DNA of 64,000 bases from an uncultured Acidobacteriota bacterium (GTDB taxonomy: Bacteria > Acidobacteriota > Thermoanaerobaculia > Multivoradales > SZUA-115). Location: the NCBI GenBank assembly GCA_963805975.1, contig CAWDVR010000002.1, positions 480,001-544,000 of the forward strand. The letters are read 5' to 3'. The translations under genes were made by a program, and so were the position numbers. Shown piece by piece: positions 59,129 through 64,000 of the stretch; position 1 is the stretch's first letter, and every line of letters starts with the position of its first letter. The notes below the pieces were generated by a model, which was not told the DNA's origin, did no database searches, and saw only the letters and a program-made list of their open reading frames with translations.

Positions 59129-60243
59129 GCAAGGCGGTTGCGAGGCTCGCGCTGGCGCTCGTCGTTCTCTGCCTCGCCGCGATCCCGAGGCTTGCCGCGG
59201 CCCAAGCGCCGGTCGAGCCGCTCGAGGGGCTCGACCCGGTGCTCCTCGTCGAAGGCCGGGAGGTGCAGGGCGATCCCAAGCTGTTCCTGGATCGCGACGG
59301 CTTCCGCTACTCGTTCGCCAACCCCGAGACCCGTGCCCGCTTCGAGCGCGAGCCAGAGCGCTTCGAGATCCGGCTCCACGGGCTCTGCGCCCGCATGGGC
59401 GAGACCACGCTCGGCAACCCCGATCTCTTCCTCGTCCACGAGGGCCGCATCTACCTCTTCGGCTCGCCGCAGTGCCGCGACCTCTTCCGCGCCGCGCCGC
59501 AGCGCTTCCTCGAAGGCCCGCCTGCACGGCCCCTCGCCGAGACGGCGGACGCCGCGTCCCGCGAGCGGGGCCGGCAGCTCGTGGAAGCCGCTGTGGCGGC
59601 GATGGGCGGTGCCGCGGTCGTGGACGGAGTGGAGCGCTTCGAGGTTCGCGCCAGGGAGGAGGCGGGCACGGGCGAAGGTGCCGCTCCGCTGGCGAGCGCC
59701 TGGACCTATCGCTTCCCCGACCAGGCCCGGCTCGAAGAGCAAAGGCCCTTCGGGCTCCTGACCTGGGTGATGACCCCGAGCGGGGCTTTCAACCAGTTCG
59801 GCCGCACCACCTATCCGCTCAACGACGTACAGGTGGCCTACGTGAGGCAGCGGCTCGCCCGCCACGTGCTCGTCCTGCTCAAGGCGCGCCGCGAGACCGG
59901 CTTCGTGTCCGCCGCACTGGGTGCCGCGCGTGTTGGCGAGACGGCGGTCGAGCGGGTGGCCGTGACCGGCGGCGGCGCGGACGCCACGCTCGGCGTCGAC
60001 CCGGCGACCGGCCGGGTGGTGAGCCTCACCTATCGCGACCGCTTCGACGACGGGGCCTGGGGCGAGGTGGTCGAGGAGTACTCCGACTTCCGCGCCACCG
60101 GCGGGCTGACCCTACCCTTCCGCGTGCGCACTACCTGGAACGGCCAGCCCTGGCCGCGCCGCACGCGCGTGGTCGAGTCCGTCCACGTCAATCGCGAGCT
60201 GCCTGCCGAGACCTTCGATCGGCCCGCGTCGGGAGCGCCGTGA
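59125..60243 (+). CDS. Exported YHS-domain protein with beta-rich (LolA-like?) C-terminal domain
   Basis: ATGA overlap. GLDPV..YSFAN..F..PERF, GRIYLFGSPQC, YSDFR..GLTLPF. Confidence 0.8.
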   Translation: MSKAVARLALALVVLCLAAIPRLAAAQAPVEPLEGLDPVLLVEGREVQGDPKLFLDRDGFRYSFANPETRARFEREPERFEIRLHGLCARMGETTLGNPDLFLVHEGRIYLFGSPQCRDLFRAAPQRFLEGPPARPLAETADAASRERGRQLVEAAVAAMGGAAVVDGVERFEVRAREEAGTGEGAAPLASAWTYRFPDQARLEEQRPFGLLTWVMTPSGAFNQFGRTTYPLNDVQVAYVRQRLARHVLVLLKARRETGFVSAALGAARVGETAVERVAVTGGGADATLGVDPATGRVVSLTYRDRFDDGAWGEVVEEYSDFRATGGLTLPFRVRTTWNGQPWPRRTRVVESVHVNRELPAETFDRPASGAP

Positions 60244-61514
60244 GCGATCGGCAGCGGGGCGTTCCCCGCCGCCTCGCCCTCGCGGGCTTGACTCTCGCCC
60301 TCCCGCTCCTGGCAGCCACGGAAGGGAGCGCGCCGCAAGGATGGCCGCAGTGGGGCGGCCCGAATCGCAACTTCACGCTGGCGCCCGCGGAGCTCGCCAA
60401 CGCTTGGCCCGAGGGCGGTCCGCGCAAGCTCTGGAGCCGAGAGCTGGGCGACGGCTACTCGGGAATTGCCGCCGCGGAGGGCCGCCTGTACACACTCTAC
60501 CGCCGCGGCGAGGAGGAGGTGGCGGTCGCGCTCGACGCGGCGTCGGGCAAGACGCTCTGGGAGCGTGCCTACCCGGCGCCCTTCAGCGCCGAGTACGACA
60601 TGTCGCACGGCCCAGGCCCACACGCCATGCCGCTGGTGGTCGGGCCGAGGGTCTTCACCGCCGGCTCCACCGGCAAGCTCTCCGCCCTCGACGCGGCGAG
60701 CGGCGCGCTCCTCTGGCAGAGCGATCTCGTCGCCGGCCTCGGCGGCACGCTGCGGGTGAACGGCTACGCTTCGAGCCCCATCGCCTTCGGGGACACGGTG
60801 ATCGCGCAGGTGGGCGGCGCCGGCCACGCGCTGGTGGCGTTCCGGCAGACGGACGGCGCGATCCTCTGGCAGCGGCACGACTTCCGGAACTCGGCGTCCT
60901 CGCCGCTCCTCATCTCGCTCGACGGCCAGCAGCAGCTCGTCGCCTTCCTCTACGCCGAGGTCGTGGGCCTCGACCCTGCCACCGGCGACCTCTTGTGGAG
61001 CCACCCCACCCCGGCGGATTTCGGCCTCAACGTCAGCCTGCCGGTGTGGGGCGAGGACGGTGTGCTCTTTCTCTCCTCGTCCTACGGCAACGGCAGCCGG
61101 GCCCTGAAGCTGGCGCACAAGGCTGCGGCCACCGAGGTGCAGGAGCTGTGGTTCACCAACCGGATGCGGCTCCAGTTCTCGAACGCGGTGCGGCTGGGCA
61201 GCCGCATCTACGGCTCGAGCGGCGACTTCGGCCCGGCCCCATTCACCGCGCTGGACCTCGCCACGGGCGCCATTCTCTGGCGCGACCGCTCCCTCGCCCG
61301 CTCCTCGACGCTCGCGGTCGGCGACCACCTGCTCCTGCTCGACGAGGACGGCAACCTCGCCCTCGCCTCGCCCGGCGAGACGGGCCTCACCGTGCACGCC
61401 CGGGCCAAGCTCCTGGAAGCCCCCGCCTGGACCCCGCCAACCCTGGTGGGAACGACCCTCTACCTGCGGGACCGGAAGGTGATCGTGGCGCTGGACCTAT
61501 CGCCCGGGGGCTAG
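60240..61514 (+). CDS. PQQ-like beta-propeller repeat protein (BamB-like)
   Basis: GTGA overlap. WPQWGGPNRN, repeated ALDAASG..LW. Confidence 0.85.
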   Translation: MSDRQRGVPRRLALAGLTLALPLLAATEGSAPQGWPQWGGPNRNFTLAPAELANAWPEGGPRKLWSRELGDGYSGIAAAEGRLYTLYRRGEEEVAVALDAASGKTLWERAYPAPFSAEYDMSHGPGPHAMPLVVGPRVFTAGSTGKLSALDAASGALLWQSDLVAGLGGTLRVNGYASSPIAFGDTVIAQVGGAGHALVAFRQTDGAILWQRHDFRNSASSPLLISLDGQQQLVAFLYAEVVGLDPATGDLLWSHPTPADFGLNVSLPVWGEDGVLFLSSSYGNGSRALKLAHKAAATEVQELWFTNRMRLQFSNAVRLGSRIYGSSGDFGPAPFTALDLATGAILWRDRSLARSSTLAVGDHLLLLDEDGNLALASPGETGLTVHARAKLLEAPAWTPPTLVGTTLYLRDRKVIVALDLSPGG

Positions 61515-61585
61515 GCGGCTTCCAGACCCCTGGGTGTCTCCTTGATCGCGCCCGCACGAGACCGAGGTCGTACGGCAACCGTCGA

Positions 61586-61900
61586 CTATGGGATCGGGCC
61601 TTCGCGCCGGCTCTTCCAGATTTCCGGGTTTCGGGCCTGATGGAGCATCGCCAGAATGACGACCCGCTCTCGTTCCTCGTGGATGAAGTAGAGGATCTGG
61701 TAGGGGAAAGGCCGAGGAGAGAGCGCCCGACGCACGTCGCCGTAGACGACTGGAAAGCGGAGCGGGTGCTCCTCGATCGCGCCGAGCGTCTCACGAACGA
61801 CCACGAGGAACTCCTCTCCGAGGCCTGAACGCTGGGTTTCATACCAGAGAAAGGCGTCCGTGACATCGGCGTCAACGGCCGGCAGCGAGAAGCTTCTCAT
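61586..61900 (-). CDS. Type II TA toxin, ParE/RelE family
   Basis: WYETQRSGLGEEF, P.RFP, FPYQILY, ILAMLHQARNP..W. Confidence 0.9.
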   Translation of the reverse strand: MRSFSLPAVDADVTDAFLWYETQRSGLGEEFLVVVRETLGAIEEHPLRFPVVYGDVRRALSPRPFPYQILYFIHEERERVVILAMLHQARNPEIWKSRREGPIP

Positions 61901-62172
61901 CCCCGCTGTTGCGCCAACGCAGCCCGCGCATTGGCTTCGATCTGCTCCCAGGACAGCGTGTCGTCGGGGTTCCGGCGGTACGCCTCGAGCCGCTGATCGA
62001 TGATCTTCTTCTGCCAGTCGTACAGCGGAGGCTCGGAATCAGCCGACCGGATGTACCGGCGGAGCGCTTCACGCACCAGCTCGGAGCGGGTCCGGTGCTC
62101 CTTGCGACGGACATCTTCGACCAGATCGAAGAGCTCCTCGGGCAAGGTGATGGTCATGTTCTTGATGGACAC
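61897..62172 (-). CDS. Antitoxin: CopG ribbon-helix-helix fused to addiction-module domain
   Basis: MTITLPEEL...RTRSELVREALRRY, then WQKKIIDQRLEAYRRNPDD..SWEQI. GTG start inferred. Confidence 0.85.
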   Translation of the reverse strand: MSIKNMTITLPEELFDLVEDVRRKEHRTRSELVREALRRYIRSADSEPPLYDWQKKIIDQRLEAYRRNPDDTLSWEQIEANARAALAQQRG

Positions 62173-62232
62173 GGCGGGCAGCCCTCGACATTGAAATTCC
62201 ATGGATGACACTAGGAAACATGACCGGGGCTG

Positions 62233-63558
62233 TCAAGGCTGGCTCCTCGGCCCATTGCTACTCTGGTGACGAAACAGCAAGTAGTACACCGGCAGCCCCA
62301 GCGCCACCACTCCCAGGCCGAGGGCGACCTCACGGGGCCGCCCGGCGGCGAGCAGCACCAGGACCAGCACCACGCTCGCGAGGAAGAGGATCGGCGTCCA
62401 GGGAAAGAGCGGCGTCTGGTAGGCCGCGGCCGGCTGGCGCCTCCGGAAGCGGAAGAGCCCCACGACCATCAGCCCCAGGAAGAGCACCGTCGCGAAGACG
62501 AAGTAGGCGACGATCGCGTCGAACGTCCCGAGGATGACCAGGAGAGCGGCGAGAGAGGCCTGGAGGATGACGGCAAAGACCGGCGCGCCGGTACGAGGGC
62601 TGACTCTCGCCACCCAGGCGGGCATCAGGCCGTCCCTCGCCATGGCGAAGTAGACCCGCGGCGCCATGGTCATGAAGGCGAAGAGGCTGCCCAGGATGGA
62701 GAGCGCCACCAGGCCGGTCAGCACCCGCCCTCCCGCCTCCCCGAAGAGCGCCGTGCCGGCCTGGGCCGCAAACGCCTCGCTCGACTCCACGGCCTCGAGC
62801 GGCACCAGGTAGAGGAAGACGGCGCTCACCGCCACGTAGAGCACCGTGACCAGGGCCACTCCGAGCGCGAGCGCCCGCGGCAGGGTCCGCTGCGGCTCCC
62901 GGACCTCGCCTCCGAGCTTGGCGAGCTCCCACCAGCCCCCGAAGGAGAAGAACGCGGACACCACCGCGCCGGCGAGCGCGGGCAGGAGCGGCGAGGCTCC
63001 GGCCCGGCGCTCCAGCATGGGGAAGAAGTGGGACGAGTCGCCGGCCAGCGAGAGGAAGCCCCAGGCCACGAGCAGCACCAGGAGGCCGACCTTGGCCACC
63101 GCCAGCCAGTGGCCGATGCCCGCCGCGAGCTTCACCCCGGCGAGGTTCGCCAGCGCCACGGCGAGGATCGCCGTCAGGGCCACGGCTTGCGCCGGGAGCC
63201 CGGGCACGAGGGCGTGCACGTAGGCGCCCAGGCCGGCGGCGAGCGCCGCGTTGAGGCCCGGGTCCAGGACCATCAGGCACTTCCAGCCGTAGAGGAACGC
63301 CACCGCCGGGCCGAAGGCCTCCCGCAGGTAGACGTAGCCGCCGCCGGCCGCGGGAAAGCGCGCCGCGAGCTCCCCGAAGCAGAGCGCGCCGCAGAAAGCC
63401 GTGCCGCCCATGAAGAGCCACACCAGGAGCAGCAGGCCCGGCGAGGCGAGCGCCCGCGCCATCTCGGCCGGGGTCAGGAAGATGCCGACGCCGATCGTCC
63501 CGCCCACCACCAGGGCGGTGGCGGCGGGCAGGCCGACCTGACGGCGGAGCTCGGTCAT
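62233..63558 (-). CDS. APC family amino acid permease
   Basis: GGTIGVGIF, ELAARFP.AGGGYVYL, FGGW, EVREP.R.LPRA, PRVYFAMARDG. Confidence 0.92.
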   Translation of the reverse strand: MTELRRQVGLPAATALVVGGTIGVGIFLTPAEMARALASPGLLLLVWLFMGGTAFCGALCFGELAARFPAAGGGYVYLREAFGPAVAFLYGWKCLMVLDPGLNAALAAGLGAYVHALVPGLPAQAVALTAILAVALANLAGVKLAAGIGHWLAVAKVGLLVLLVAWGFLSLAGDSSHFFPMLERRAGASPLLPALAGAVVSAFFSFGGWWELAKLGGEVREPQRTLPRALALGVALVTVLYVAVSAVFLYLVPLEAVESSEAFAAQAGTALFGEAGGRVLTGLVALSILGSLFAFMTMAPRVYFAMARDGLMPAWVARVSPRTGAPVFAVILQASLAALLVILGTFDAIVAYFVFATVLFLGLMVVGLFRFRRRQPAAAYQTPLFPWTPILFLASVVLVLVLLAAGRPREVALGLGVVALGLPVYYLLFRHQSSNGPRSQP

Positions 63559-63614
63559 GATTTCTCGGCTCTCACGGCCACAGACACTGTCTCAAAAGGT
63601 ACGAGAAAGAGGGC

Positions 63615-63998
63615 TCAGCCCCGGCAGTAGCCTTCCCCGGGGCGCACCGTGAGGCAGTTCGTCTTCTCGGCGAGCCATTTCATGCCGGTTTCGGCGCCGG
63701 TGGTCGCCCGGATCGACTCCTTCACGCCATCGCGCTCGAACCAGATCCGGCCATCGGCGGCGGTTCCCGCGTAGACCTTCGGGCCGTCCAGGTCCTGGAT
63801 CGTGATCTCGTAATGGCCCTGGCCGCCGGCGAGGCGGAGGAATGTTCCCTCCGGTCCGTTCCATTGGCCGAGCCAGGTGTCGGTCACGGGAGCCGCGGCT
63901 TCCGGGGAGCCCGCGGGCGTCGTAGAGCCGGGCTTCGTCGCGCCGGGGCCTTCCCCGCCGCCCGGACAGCCCAGGACGAGAAGCGTCAAGGCCAGAGA
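63615..63998 (-). CDS. Putative lipoprotein, 5'-truncated by window edge
   Basis: Hydrophobic stretch with lipobox VLGC. WNGPEGT, TGMKWL, C-terminal GEGYCR. Confidence 0.7.
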   Translation of the reverse strand, partial: SLALTLLVLGCPGGGEGPGATKPGSTTPAGSPEAAAPVTDTWLGQWNGPEGTFLRLAGGQGHYEITIQDLDGPKVYAGTAADGRIWFERDGVKESIRATTGAETGMKWLAEKTNCLTVRPGEGYCRG

Positions 63999-64000
63999 GG

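Noticed and set aside
58109-60243. Selenocysteine in the YHS proteins
   Set aside because: Conserved positions are TGC Cys codons and there is no in-frame TGA

Overview
High-GC bacterial chromosomal window, probably Acidobacteriota (likely Thermoanaerobaculia). This is inferred from the acidobacterial PadR-ADOP pair and the characteristic secreted-protein domains. The core backbone has tyrS; tRNA-Lys/tRNA-Leu-tig-clpP-clpX-lon-engB-rho-mqnA-dprE1 ... dprE2 ... mqnC; and rplU-rpmA-obgE-nadD-rsfS. Accessory content includes two type II toxin-antitoxin pairs, an Rpn nuclease with a probable intragenic antitoxin, a Uma2 nuclease, DUF1800/DUF1501, a crotonase/thiolase cluster, an orphan ketosynthase plus chain-length-factor pair, a PadR-ADOP-YHS operon and several small secreted Cys-rich proteins. 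The best candidate for an undescribed system is a four-gene cassette at 12888-18399: an exported TPR-CHAT caspase-like protease, a small unknown protein, an ECF sigma factor and a membrane zinc anti-sigma. It sits on the opposite strand between dprE1 and dprE2 and has a recurring intergenic motif. Other signals are a DnaA-box/IHF-like cluster at about 1.9-2.1 kb, a 48-bp triplication of the engB 3' end in the rho leader, and a sigma54 activator with degenerate Walker motifs. No CRISPR array, rRNA or integrase was seen. All family assignments come from reading motifs by eye; no database search was run.
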